Source of the DNA: an uncultured bacterium
Lineage (GTDB): Bacteria; Muiribacteriota; CAYSPT01
Direction of reading: 5' to 3'
Assembly (NCBI GenBank): GCA_964593455.1
Contig: CAZQHK010000016.1
Span: forward strand, 18,339 to 82,338
DNA length: 64,000 nucleotides
Shown: positions 37,050-45,616 of the stretch, in pieces
Position numbering within the stretch: the stretch's first letter is position 1
Layout: each line of letters starts with the position of its first letter
Position numbers and translations under genes: made by a program
The notes under the pieces: generated by a model
Database searches by the model: none
What the model was told of the DNA's origin: nothing
The model's input: the letters and a program-made list of their open reading frames with translations, nothing else

Positions 37050-37876
37050 AGTGCTCTTTTACGGGGGAACAGATTGCGGCTTATCTCGATGGTGAACTGG
37101 GTGCCGCAAAAAGCAAAGAGTTCGAGCAGCATGTGAAAGAATGCTCTTCCTGTTTCCAGACCTACCAGGCTCAAAAAGCGGTGCAAAACACCTTGCGTGC
37201 CAACTTTTCCCACTGGGTCGCTCCGGGCTCCCTCCGTAACAAGATCAACAGAGCCCTAGAGGATTATCAGCCGGAACTTGAAGAAAAGGTCGTCGCGTTC
37301 CGGTTTCCGTGGTTTTCCTGGCATGGGTTTAGCTCGGTAGCCATAGCCGCGGCGGTGCTGCTCCTGCTGTTCTTTCCCATGTTTACCGCCACCGACATCA
37401 GTCCCGCCCTATTTGCCAGTACTAAATTGTTTATTAGCACCGGAAAACTGGAAGCCGGTCCGGGCTATGAAATAACGTCTCTTCCGGACGACGGGTCCAT
37501 TCCCTTCAGCTCGCTGCGGCCCGACTTTTCTTTTGCCGGTTTCAATTACCATACGTCCAGCGGTTTTACCTACCAGGGAATCAAGGGGCGGCTGCTGATC
37601 TACAAACGTGGGGAAAACTGCCTCTCCCTGTGGTTGTTCAAATGCACGGGGGGGACGTGTACAAAGATCGTGCAGTCCTATTTCAAGACCGAATCCTATA
37701 TCGTGTACACCGACTACACCAGTAAACTTATCTGTCCGATCACCGGGAATTCCTCCTACCTTAACCTGGTGATAAATCAAGACGTCTGCAAGAAAGTCGT
37801 ATTTGCCATGGTTGGCCCCCTCTCTCACCAGGAACTGATCTACCTGGCTAAACGTTTTAATTCCCAGAACAAGTAA
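37046..37876 (+). CDS. Zinc-finger (ZAS-type) anti-sigma factor with single TM and periplasmic domain
   Basis: ATGA overlap with the sigma gene. HVKECSSC matches the HxxxCxxC ZAS motif. TM helix VAIAAAVLLLLFFPMF. Confidence 0.7.
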   Translation: MKCSFTGEQIAAYLDGELGAAKSKEFEQHVKECSSCFQTYQAQKAVQNTLRANFSHWVAPGSLRNKINRALEDYQPELEEKVVAFRFPWFSWHGFSSVAIAAAVLLLLFFPMFTATDISPALFASTKLFISTGKLEAGPGYEITSLPDDGSIPFSSLRPDFSFAGFNYHTSSGFTYQGIKGRLLIYKRGENCLSLWLFKCTGGTCTKIVQSYFKTESYIVYTDYTSKLICPITGNSSYLNLVINQDVCKKVVFAMVGPLSHQELIYLAKRFNSQNK

Positions 37877-37931
37877 TGGGGTTGACGGACCGGCCGGTTT
37901 GCTGCGTTCATCTGCTGGTCGAAGGCCGTGG

Positions 37932-37975
37932 GGAAAATAAAAGAACCACCACCGGTTATAACAGTGATGGTTCTT
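37932..37975 (-). terminator. Hairpin terminator between convergent genes, oriented for the minus-strand gene 37998-39062
   Basis: Stem AAGAACCACCAC / GTGATGGTTCTT (12 bp, 1 mismatch) with an 11-nt loop. U-tract on the minus strand (complement of GGAAAATAAAA). Confidence 0.5.
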
Positions 37976-37997
37976 AACAATAATCGTATAGGTTATG

Positions 37998-39062
37998 TTA
38001 CATGTCGTCGCTGGTGTCTAACTCTATTCTGTGTCCCTCGTAGGCTTTCGGAGGTTGGTAATCAGCTCCCTGACTCTGACTACGTTCCACGAACTGCCGG
38101 CGACGGTAGAGGCGCCGGTCGACTCCGTGTCCCGATTCCTGGCCGGTGAAAGCGCCGAACAAAGCGATCAGTTCAGATAAAATGGGAATTCCCGGTCCGG
38201 CAGCCTGTCCCGCCGCGATACCGCCTGCGGCACCGCCCTGGCTGCTGATGATGGCGGTTCTGTTCTTCTTGTAGCCGTTCTCCCAGCCCTTGATCCTATC
38301 ATTGATATTGCCGGTTTGATCGCTCATCTGGCGGAGTTTGTTCGGGGCGAAGTAATCCCAAGGGGTGTCCTGCGAGTTCTTGATGAGCTCCGCCTCGTAG
38401 GCTGCCAGCTTATTCTCGTAGATTTCTTTCTGTTCCTCGTATTTTTTCTTCAGCTCCCGTTTCTTCAAGAAACGGATTCCCCAGGTGTCTTCGTACTCAT
38501 ATTTCATCTGTTTCATTTTCTTTCGTTCGTATTCGAGCACGGTTTCACCGTAACGGCGAAGTTGTTCAATGGCTTGTTTTTTCCGGTCTGATTTTCTGAA
38601 AAAGAGATTGTTCTCGGCTTCATCGGAGAGCTTTTTCTTGAACTGATACTGTTCCCGTTCCCATTTGGCCCGGTCTTCCATCCATTTTTTTTCGGCGTCC
38701 TCCATCTCTTTTTTTCGGTCGCCTTTGTCCAAGAACTCCCACCAGCCGGAATCGTCATAGCGTTGTTTTGCTTCCCGGTACTCTTTCTGCTTGCGCTCGA
38801 TGTTCCGTTGACGCATCCTGACATACTCGGGTTTGAACTTCGGGTCCATCTGCCGGCCTACTTTGTTCACCTCGTCTGAAACCTTCGAGAAAGCTTGCAG
38901 GATCTGGCCGATCGAACCGATGATCGTCTCGGCGTTCTTCACTACATTTTCCGCTTTATCCGCAAACTTGGAGAAGCCTCCTCCTATGGCCGGTCCGGAG
39001 GCCGTTAACATCATGACGGTAATTATGACAGTAGCCATAACGCGCTGGGCTGTTCTGTGCAT
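37998..39062 (-). CDS. Secreted Lys/Glu-rich coiled-coil protein, function unknown
   Basis: N-terminal signal peptide (MATVIITVMMLTASGPAIGG). Long highly charged K/E/R-rich helical region. Gly-rich C-terminal segment GGAAGGIAAGQAAGPG. No recognised domain. Confidence 0.4.
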   Translation of the reverse strand: MHRTAQRVMATVIITVMMLTASGPAIGGGFSKFADKAENVVKNAETIIGSIGQILQAFSKVSDEVNKVGRQMDPKFKPEYVRMRQRNIERKQKEYREAKQRYDDSGWWEFLDKGDRKKEMEDAEKKWMEDRAKWEREQYQFKKKLSDEAENNLFFRKSDRKKQAIEQLRRYGETVLEYERKKMKQMKYEYEDTWGIRFLKKRELKKKYEEQKEIYENKLAAYEAELIKNSQDTPWDYFAPNKLRQMSDQTGNINDRIKGWENGYKKNRTAIISSQGGAAGGIAAGQAAGPGIPILSELIALFGAFTGQESGHGVDRRLYRRRQFVERSQSQGADYQPPKAYEGHRIELDTSDDM

Positions 39063-39187
39063 CGTCGCTCATCCTTTCAGGGTGGAAAGGGACATCTCAC
39101 CCCTGGTGATACAATTTCTCCCCTTCAACATCTATTAGTCGATAACCCGTTACAATGTTACAGGCATTATTCATTCGGATTCGGGAT

Positions 39188-40429
39188 TCAGCGTTTCGGT
39201 TTCCTGAGCCCGATCTTGTCTTCCTCTATATTGGTTATGAAAAACCGGGAGAATTCTTCCAGGATACGAGTTGCTTCCCTGTTTCCATTCTGGAGTAGTT
39301 CCTTGAGCTGAAGTTCGGCTTTTTTCCTGATGTTGATATCGTTGTTGTACAAAAGTTTTTCAAGTTTAAGTATTTCACTGTCGGGCGCGTGTTCCAGTTG
39401 ACTGGCTTTGCTCACCCGCACGGCGGCGACTTCGTGCACTATCTTGTTGTTCTTGAGCAAGGAATTGATTGACTGGTCCATGGTAATCATACCCGCTGTG
39501 TCGGATTTGCTGATGGCATCGGGTATCAGGAATGTTTTTCCCTCTTTGAGCAGGGTTTTGACCGCCGGTGTCATTATCATGACTTCCCGTGCGGCCACGA
39601 ATCCTTCGCCGTCGGCTGAAGGCAGTAGTTGCTGCGAAATCACGGCTTTGAGACACCCGGTAAGTTGGATACGTATTTGCTGTTGTTGGTAGGTGGGAAA
39701 AACATCTATCATCCGGTCGATGGTTTCCGCGGCGGAACGCGTGGTCAGAGTAGATATTACCAGGTGTCCGCTTTCGGCCACTTTCAGGATCGCGGCAATG
39801 GTCTCCAGGTCAGGGAGATCGTCGACCGCAACCACGTCCGGATTCTGGGCCAGCATCTGTTTCAAGGCGTCTTTGTAGGTCGGCGCGTCCCGGCCTATTT
39901 CCCGCTGGTCCACCACGCTTTTCTTGAAGGGGTGTACAAATTCTACCGGTTGCTCGAGCGTGATGATGTGACAGGCACGGGTACGGTTGAGGTAGTCCAC
40001 CAGGGAAGCCAGGGTTGTAGTCCGGCCGCTTCCGGTAGGGCCGGTGATCATTATCAGTCCTTCATTTTTTTCCATCAGGTGAAAGATGCTGTCGGGGATA
40101 CCCATGGTTTCAAGGTGTGGGATCTGCGGTAAAATGGCCCTGAAGGCAGCTGCCGTGTGGCCCATCTTGTGGTAGGCGTTGACCCTGAACCGTCCTGCTC
40201 TCTTGATTGATACGGCAAAGTTTACCTGTTTCTGTTCATTGAACCGGGCGATCTGGTCTTCACTGAGCAGGGTTGTCAAGACTTTTTCCACCAGGCCCGA
40301 GGTCAGTTTCTCTTCTTCGCAGGGAATGAGTTTTCCCTGCAGACGCATCATAGGTGGTGCACCCGGTGAAAAAATCACATCGGATGCCTTTTTCTCCACC
40401 GCTTTGTTGAGAAGATCCAGAATTTTCAT
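39188..40429 (-). CDS. pilT: Type IV pilus retraction ATPase PilT/PilU family, with ~70-aa C-terminal extension
   Basis: Walker A GPTGSGRTTT, Asp box and His box (TLTTRSAAETIDR) of the PilT family. AAGGAG RBS. No other pilus genes nearby. Confidence 0.85.
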   Translation of the reverse strand: MKILDLLNKAVEKKASDVIFSPGAPPMMRLQGKLIPCEEEKLTSGLVEKVLTTLLSEDQIARFNEQKQVNFAVSIKRAGRFRVNAYHKMGHTAAAFRAILPQIPHLETMGIPDSIFHLMEKNEGLIMITGPTGSGRTTTLASLVDYLNRTRACHIITLEQPVEFVHPFKKSVVDQREIGRDAPTYKDALKQMLAQNPDVVAVDDLPDLETIAAILKVAESGHLVISTLTTRSAAETIDRMIDVFPTYQQQQIRIQLTGCLKAVISQQLLPSADGEGFVAAREVMIMTPAVKTLLKEGKTFLIPDAISKSDTAGMITMDQSINSLLKNNKIVHEVAAVRVSKASQLEHAPDSEILKLEKLLYNNDINIRKKAELQLKELLQNGNREATRILEEFSRFFITNIEEDKIGLRKPKR

Positions 40430-40501
40430 AATTCGACTGCTCCTTACGGATTATTGTAGACAGTAAATGGATGTGTTGTCAAATTTTCCGGCGTGTCATG
40501 C

Positions 40502-41827
40502 TTACGGTTTCGTTGGTAACAGACTATGTTGTTTGAGTCCCTGGTACACGAGATCGGCGATAATTTCGTGACCGCGAGCGTTCGGGTGAAGGGGATCGGC
40601 TTTCGGGTCTACGAACAGGTACTCGTCTTGAAAAGCCCTGAAGGCGGACACCACGTCCACCAGCGGCAGACCATTTTTAACTGCCAGTTCAGCCATGAGC
40701 CGGTTGTAGAGGTGTCCGTCCTGGCCGCAGCGGAAGGATTCCATGTCTTTTGCCTTTTGGAAGTTATTGACCGCCTCTTCAGTGTCGCCCTTTTTCCGGG
40801 AACAGACACCCAGCCAGTAGTAAGCTTCACTCAGGTACTTGTTGATTTTTACCGCCTCGGCTAGTTTGACCAAGGCCTCGTCGTGCCGCCCGGTTTCGGC
40901 CAGTTTAAGGGCTTTTTGCAAGAGCGCGTTTGCCTGCGTTATCGCCGTTTCCGGCAGTTGTTCGGGAGAGGGAAGGTTCACTGGCATCTTGAGAAGCAGG
41001 ACCTTGATTCCCTTTTCCCGGGCAAACTCGATAATATGGTTCAGATTCTCCGTGTAGTGTTCCGGCGGCACGCGCCGCGCCCCGGGAAAATAGATGTTGG
41101 TTTTGAATTTATCGAATCCCACGTTGCGGGCCGAGAGATGGAAAGATAGTTTCTCGACTAACCGGAGAAAGGCGCTCCTGAAGAGCATGTTTTTTATCCC
41201 GATAATCACGGGATTAGAGGAAGAAAGGCTGCGGTCCGGTGTTCCGGTGCTCCGGAAAAACCGGTACCGGTCAAGATCGTTCAGTACATAGGAAACAGTG
41301 ATAAGGTCCGGTTGTAATTTTACGACATGTTTTTTCAGCAGGCGCAGTCCCTGGTGGGTAGTGTAGCCGATGACCGATCCGTTGAACACTTCCACGGTCC
41401 CGCTATACTCCTTTTTGAGCCGCGCGGCGAGCCGGGACGAGTAAATCTTATCGTAGTCCACTCCCCATCCGAAGGTGGGCGATGCTCCCATGCAGATGAT
41501 TCTGAAGGTGCCGGACTCCTTCGAGTCAGGCAGGCGGGAGTTTCGAAATCCGAACCGGTCCGTAGTAACCGCCACGTTCTGGAAACTTACCTGGGCGTTG
41601 GGCCGCTGTCGCCAGAATAATTCCGGGTCTTGTTTGAGAAAAGCCAGTATAGTATCGAGATGGTCTTCAACGAAGATCAACCGGCTGGCGCTTTCCAGCG
41701 TCAGTAACAAGAACAGGGCGAAGAGCAGGCAGATGATTTTAGCCTGTTTAGAGTGGACATCTATGGTGTGGTCTGATTCCGGTGCCGTTCCAGCAATCCG
41801 GTTTGAATCGGTGTTCTGTTCAGTCAT
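40502..41827 (-). CDS. SGNH/GDSL-like hydrolase with an embedded TPR region and N-terminal TM anchor
   Basis: N-terminal TM segment. Block I variant ICMGASPTFGWG. Block V DPLHPNARGH (DxxH). TPR-like region ALVKLAEAVKINKYLSEAYYWLGVC. Confidence 0.6.
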   Translation of the reverse strand: MTEQNTDSNRIAGTAPESDHTIDVHSKQAKIICLLFALFLLLTLESASRLIFVEDHLDTILAFLKQDPELFWRQRPNAQVSFQNVAVTTDRFGFRNSRLPDSKESGTFRIICMGASPTFGWGVDYDKIYSSRLAARLKKEYSGTVEVFNGSVIGYTTHQGLRLLKKHVVKLQPDLITVSYVLNDLDRYRFFRSTGTPDRSLSSSNPVIIGIKNMLFRSAFLRLVEKLSFHLSARNVGFDKFKTNIYFPGARRVPPEHYTENLNHIIEFAREKGIKVLLLKMPVNLPSPEQLPETAITQANALLQKALKLAETGRHDEALVKLAEAVKINKYLSEAYYWLGVCSRKKGDTEEAVNNFQKAKDMESFRCGQDGHLYNRLMAELAVKNGLPLVDVVSAFRAFQDEYLFVDPKADPLHPNARGHEIIADLVYQGLKQHSLLPTKP

Positions 41828-43274
41828 GATTTTTTTCTCCCGGGCCTCCGGCCAGCTTTCGTATGATGTACGCCTGGATAATCAAGGCTATAATGTTCAT
41901 GAATTTCTTAAAAAAATCGAGTTTGCGCGGTGCTTTTCGGAACGTTTTCCAGATTCTTCCCGGTCTCAGGAAAAACCGTTGCTGGGCGATAAGGATGAGC
42001 TCGTTCAGTTCCCTATTCGGGATATCGGAGCAGGACCGCTCAACTGAGTAGAAATGATAGTCGTCATACGATTCCGGCTCATCGAGCCGGCCGCTTTCCA
42101 GCAGTGACCGGTAGAGTTCCGAGCCGGGGTAGGGGGTGACCTTGAAAAAATAGGCCACGTCGAGATTGGACGCGACGGCGAAGTCGATGGTTTTCAATAT
42201 TTCTTCCCTGGTCTCGGTGGGAAACCCGAACATGAAGTAGGCCCCGGTGATGATTCCCGCGGCGGCTGTCCGGTTGATGATCTGAACGGCTTTCGGGATA
42301 TTGAGATTCTTCCTGATAAGCCGCTGAAGCCGGGGAGTAATGGTCTCGAACCCGTAATGGATCTTATAGGTGCCGATTGCTCTCAAATCATCGATGAGAT
42401 TTTCCTCCATGATATCCGCCCTGAGACCGTTGGGAAACGCGAAAGAGAATTGCATCTTCGAGCCCATGATCATGGCGCAGAGCTTTTTTGCGCGTTCCGG
42501 GTCGAAGTTGAACACATCGTCGATAATGTGGATCTCCGGGACACCGAGGGTGTGATGAAGATACTCGATTTCCGCAAAGACGTTCTCAGGCGACCGGGCT
42601 CTGACTTTCTTGCCGAAAACGTTGTGGCAGTAGGAGCAGTGAAACGGGCATCCCCGGGTGGTTACCAGGGGCGCGTAAAATCGCTCTTTCAGCTCCCCGT
42701 TCCAGTTGGAATAGGCGGCGTAAATCTTAGGATCGAGAAGGTCCCAGGCTGGAAACGGCAGCTCGTCGAGGTTCTCAATCAGGTTCCGGGGATTAGTTAG
42801 AGCCGGCTCACCGTTTTTCCTGTAAGCCAGTCCGGCAACACCGTTTACGGTCCCTTCTTCCTCCAGGGCATCGAGCAGTTCCACGATGGTTCTCTCTCCT
42901 TCTCCGATCACGGAGAAATCGATGTTTTGGTCGTTTAGCAGCTGCTCCTTAACCACTACGGTGTGCGGTCCGCCGGCGATAACTACCGTGTTGCCGTCGT
43001 GTTCCTTGACCTGCCCAGCTATCCGGTGCAGGAGATCAGCTTCGCAGCTCATGGAACTGAGTCCTACCAGGTGCGGGTTAAAATCGGCCAGGAGATTGGA
43101 GAAATCTTCAGGCGAAGATGGATTGGTGCCGGTATCGTAGATTTTGAACTGGTAGCGGTCGCCGAATTGTTTCCTGATGGCCGCCGCGATATAGAGAAGT
43201 CCCAGGGGCGGAACAGGTCCTCCCGCTCCCAAGAGCTTGAATGTCCTGATGAGCAGAAAACGTTTCTTCTTCAC
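41820..43274 (-). CDS. B12-binding-domain radical SAM protein (class B radical SAM)
   Basis: N-terminal cobalamin-binding Rossmann-like domain (FLLIRT...PPLGLLYIAAAI...VVIAGGPH). Radical SAM cluster CPFHCSYC. GTG at 43274 with AGGAA RBS avoids overlapping the upstream small gene; the ORF call extending to 43337 is the over-extended alternative. Confidence 0.8.
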   Translation of the reverse strand: MKKKRFLLIRTFKLLGAGGPVPPLGLLYIAAAIRKQFGDRYQFKIYDTGTNPSSPEDFSNLLADFNPHLVGLSSMSCEADLLHRIAGQVKEHDGNTVVIAGGPHTVVVKEQLLNDQNIDFSVIGEGERTIVELLDALEEEGTVNGVAGLAYRKNGEPALTNPRNLIENLDELPFPAWDLLDPKIYAAYSNWNGELKERFYAPLVTTRGCPFHCSYCHNVFGKKVRARSPENVFAEIEYLHHTLGVPEIHIIDDVFNFDPERAKKLCAMIMGSKMQFSFAFPNGLRADIMEENLIDDLRAIGTYKIHYGFETITPRLQRLIRKNLNIPKAVQIINRTAAAGIITGAYFMFGFPTETREEILKTIDFAVASNLDVAYFFKVTPYPGSELYRSLLESGRLDEPESYDDYHFYSVERSCSDIPNRELNELILIAQQRFFLRPGRIWKTFRKAPRKLDFFKKFMNIIALIIQAYIIRKLAGGPGEKNHD

Positions 43275-43281
43275 GGTATTC

Positions 43282-43443
43282 CTAGAAGAACGCGTATATT
43301 GCCGGCAGAATCGATTGATTGCCAGTAAGTCCCACAAAAAGACCGAGCAAGGCGAGTACGAAAAGGAGTGGCAGCAACCACCATTTCTTGTTTTCCTTGA
43401 TAAGCAGGAACAGGTAGATCAGCAAATCCTTATTGCTATTCAT
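43282..43443 (-). CDS. Small membrane protein resembling the DUF5989 family
   Basis: 53 aa: MNSNKDLLIYLFLLIKENKKWWLLPLLFVLALLGLFVGLTGNQSILPAIYAFF. The pattern KKxWLLP...LLG...LT...S...P.IY.F matches my recollection of the DUF5989 family, whose members neighbour carbamoyltransferase/SxtJ-type genes. The ORF call from 43626 is probably over-extended. Confidence 0.45.
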   Translation of the reverse strand: MNSNKDLLIYLFLLIKENKKWWLLPLLFVLALLGLFVGLTGNQSILPAIYAFF

Positions 43444-43617
43444 CTGCGGCAGCGTTTTTTTGGCTGGTTTTTTTTCCACTTTGCTTCGATCCCTTCCTCT
43501 AGCTCTTAACGAGCCCAAGAGGGTGAAAAGTTCATTAAAAAGTGTATCATTGATACGTTTATTGTGCAAGAGCCGCCGTCCGGACATCAGTTGACAGTCT
43601 TCAGGCGGCCAAGTAAA

Positions 43618-45426
43618 ATGGAACATATGAAAACGCTCCAGGATCTTGCTTCATCCCTTGAATCGAAAGGGGAATCTAAGGCTCTTTCATGGAAGCAGGG
43701 CGGGGATATTGTTTCTCATTCGTACCGGGAATTAGGCCGCCGCGTTCGTGATTTCAGCCGGGGATTCCTGAAGATGGGTTTGAAACCGGGCGATACGGTC
43801 GTCTTGCTTTCGCACAATAACCCGGAGTGGATAGGCTTGAGTCTGGGGCTCAACAACGCCGGCCTGGTTGATGTCCCGCGGGGCGAAAACACCACCTCCG
43901 ATGAGATCAAGTACTTTATCGAGCACAGCCGGGCCGGGGTAGTTATCGTCCAGAACAAGACGTTTTTGAAAATGGTGCGCGATCTCGATCTCCCCGACCT
44001 GAAAACGATCATCTCCATGGAGAAAATTGATGGTGTCCGGCATACATCCGAGGTGCTCGCTGCCGGGAAAAACAGTTCGGTTACTGTTCCGGAAGTGACT
44101 CCCGCTACCACCGCCAGTCTGATCTACACTTCGGGGACCACTTCGCTGCCCAAGGGAGTCGAGCTGACACACGGCAATTTTTGCAGCAATATCAGGAGCC
44201 TGGTCAAATTTCTTCCCATCAGTACGAAAGACAAGTTCATATCGATTCTGCCTGCCTGGCACGCCCTGGAGCGTATTTCAAAATATATGACCCTGACAGT
44301 CGGCGCGGAGACGTTCTATTCGACCTGGCGCACGCTCAGGTCCGACCTGCTGGAACAGAAACCAACCATCATGGTTTCCGTCCCCCGGATCTGGGACATG
44401 ATCTATACCCGGCTAATGAAACGGGTCAAAGAGCAAGGCGGTCTGAGCCGCCGGCTTTTCTCCGTTGGCATGAAAGTGTCCATCGATTACGTCCGCCGCC
44501 GCCGTGAGTTCGAGTTGGTTAAACTGTTCGAGTACCCGTTCTACCATTACATGGACCGGCACGTTTTTTCACGGCTGCGAAAAAGAATGGGTGGCCGGTT
44601 CAGGTTCGCCGTTTCGGGAGGGTCTTCCCTGCCGCGGCACGTGGACGATTTCTTCCGGGTGGCCGGAGTGGAGATTCTGGAAGGATACGGTTTGACGGAG
44701 ACCAGCCCGGTGGTGGCCCTCAGGGTCCCCGGAAACACGGTCCCGTACACCGTCGGTCCGGTGTTGGAAGACATAGAAGCCAGGATTATCGACCAGGAAA
44801 CGGAAGAAGTTCTCCCGCTCATGGAAAAGGGAGTACTTCATGTCCGGGGCCCAAATATCATGAAAGGGTATTACCGGAATCCCACTGAGACGAGCCGTGT
44901 ACTTCAGGGTGACGGGTGGTTTAACACCGGTGATATCGGGTATTTCACCAGAAAAGGCGATCTGGTCATTACCGGCCGGGCAAAGGATATCATCGTTCTC
45001 TCCAACGGCGAGAACATCAACCCGGTTCCCATGGAAGACGTCCTGAAAGAGAGCGAATATATCGCCGAAGCCATCATGGTCGGGCAGGAGTGGAAACAGC
45101 CCGGGGCCCTGATCGTACCTGATTTCGATACGTTGCGGGAATACTGCGATCAAAATGGTATTTCCTATCATTCGGACCGGCTGTATGACGTTTTCAGTAA
45201 CCCGAATATCAAACAACTTTTTACTGCCGAGATCGACCGGTTGCTCAATAGCCAATCCTGGTGTAAGTCGTACGAAAAAATCCAGAATTTCCGGATGGTG
45301 TACGCGCCGTTTACCGTGGGCAAGGAGTTGACGCCGACCTTGAAACCCAAACGGGCGGTCATCGAAGAGCTGTACAAGGAGTTAATCGAAAGTCTCTGGC
45401 TTTCCATTCACCAGAAGAAACGGTAG
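43618..45426 (+). CDS. Long-chain acyl-CoA synthetase (AMP-dependent synthetase/ligase, FAA1/FadD15 type)
   Basis: AMP-binding motif IYTSGTTSLPKGVELTHGN, EGYGLTETSP and TGDIGYF...GRAKDII motifs. Divergent from the DUF5989/radical-SAM operon. Confidence 0.85.
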   Translation: MEHMKTLQDLASSLESKGESKALSWKQGGDIVSHSYRELGRRVRDFSRGFLKMGLKPGDTVVLLSHNNPEWIGLSLGLNNAGLVDVPRGENTTSDEIKYFIEHSRAGVVIVQNKTFLKMVRDLDLPDLKTIISMEKIDGVRHTSEVLAAGKNSSVTVPEVTPATTASLIYTSGTTSLPKGVELTHGNFCSNIRSLVKFLPISTKDKFISILPAWHALERISKYMTLTVGAETFYSTWRTLRSDLLEQKPTIMVSVPRIWDMIYTRLMKRVKEQGGLSRRLFSVGMKVSIDYVRRRREFELVKLFEYPFYHYMDRHVFSRLRKRMGGRFRFAVSGGSSLPRHVDDFFRVAGVEILEGYGLTETSPVVALRVPGNTVPYTVGPVLEDIEARIIDQETEEVLPLMEKGVLHVRGPNIMKGYYRNPTETSRVLQGDGWFNTGDIGYFTRKGDLVITGRAKDIIVLSNGENINPVPMEDVLKESEYIAEAIMVGQEWKQPGALIVPDFDTLREYCDQNGISYHSDRLYDVFSNPNIKQLFTAEIDRLLNSQSWCKSYEKIQNFRMVYAPFTVGKELTPTLKPKRAVIEELYKELIESLWLSIHQKKR

Positions 45427-45609
45427 CCCGCATATTTCACCAGTCTCTGTCGTGAGGACATGGAGGCGCTTGTAACTTCAAGGCACGCGACCAAGGCTTC
45501 CGCAGACGTATCCTTTGCGATACGTTGAGGACAGCCGACCGAGCGTAACGCAGAAGATGCACGTGCATCCGTGTCCGCAACAGGATGATTGGTGAAATAT
45601 GCGGGCTAT
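45424..45609. mobile_element. MITE-like repeat element, copy A (~186 bp) with perfect 19-bp terminal inverted repeats TAGCCCGCATATTTCACCA
   Basis: Left TIR 45424-45442 and right TIR 45591-45609 are a perfect reverse complement. The internal sequence is ~85% identical to the reverse complement of copy B (56750-56934) and contains an internal hairpin ACGTATC...GATACGT. The left TAG is the stop codon of the acyl-CoA synthetase. Confidence 0.6.
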
Positions 45610-45616
45610 TGCTGCC

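Noticed and set aside
43444-43626. 114-aa version of the minus-strand ORF 43282-43626
   Set aside because: Only the last 53 residues match the DUF5989-like pattern. The upstream part is unconserved and would place the start codon inside the divergent acyl-CoA synthetase start region. The short form from ATG 43443 is preferred.
44935-44950. GTATTTCACCAG matching the MITE TIR core inside the acyl-CoA synthetase CDS
   Set aside because: Only a 10-11-nt match, no partner repeat. It encodes the conserved motif GYFTRKG. Chance similarity.
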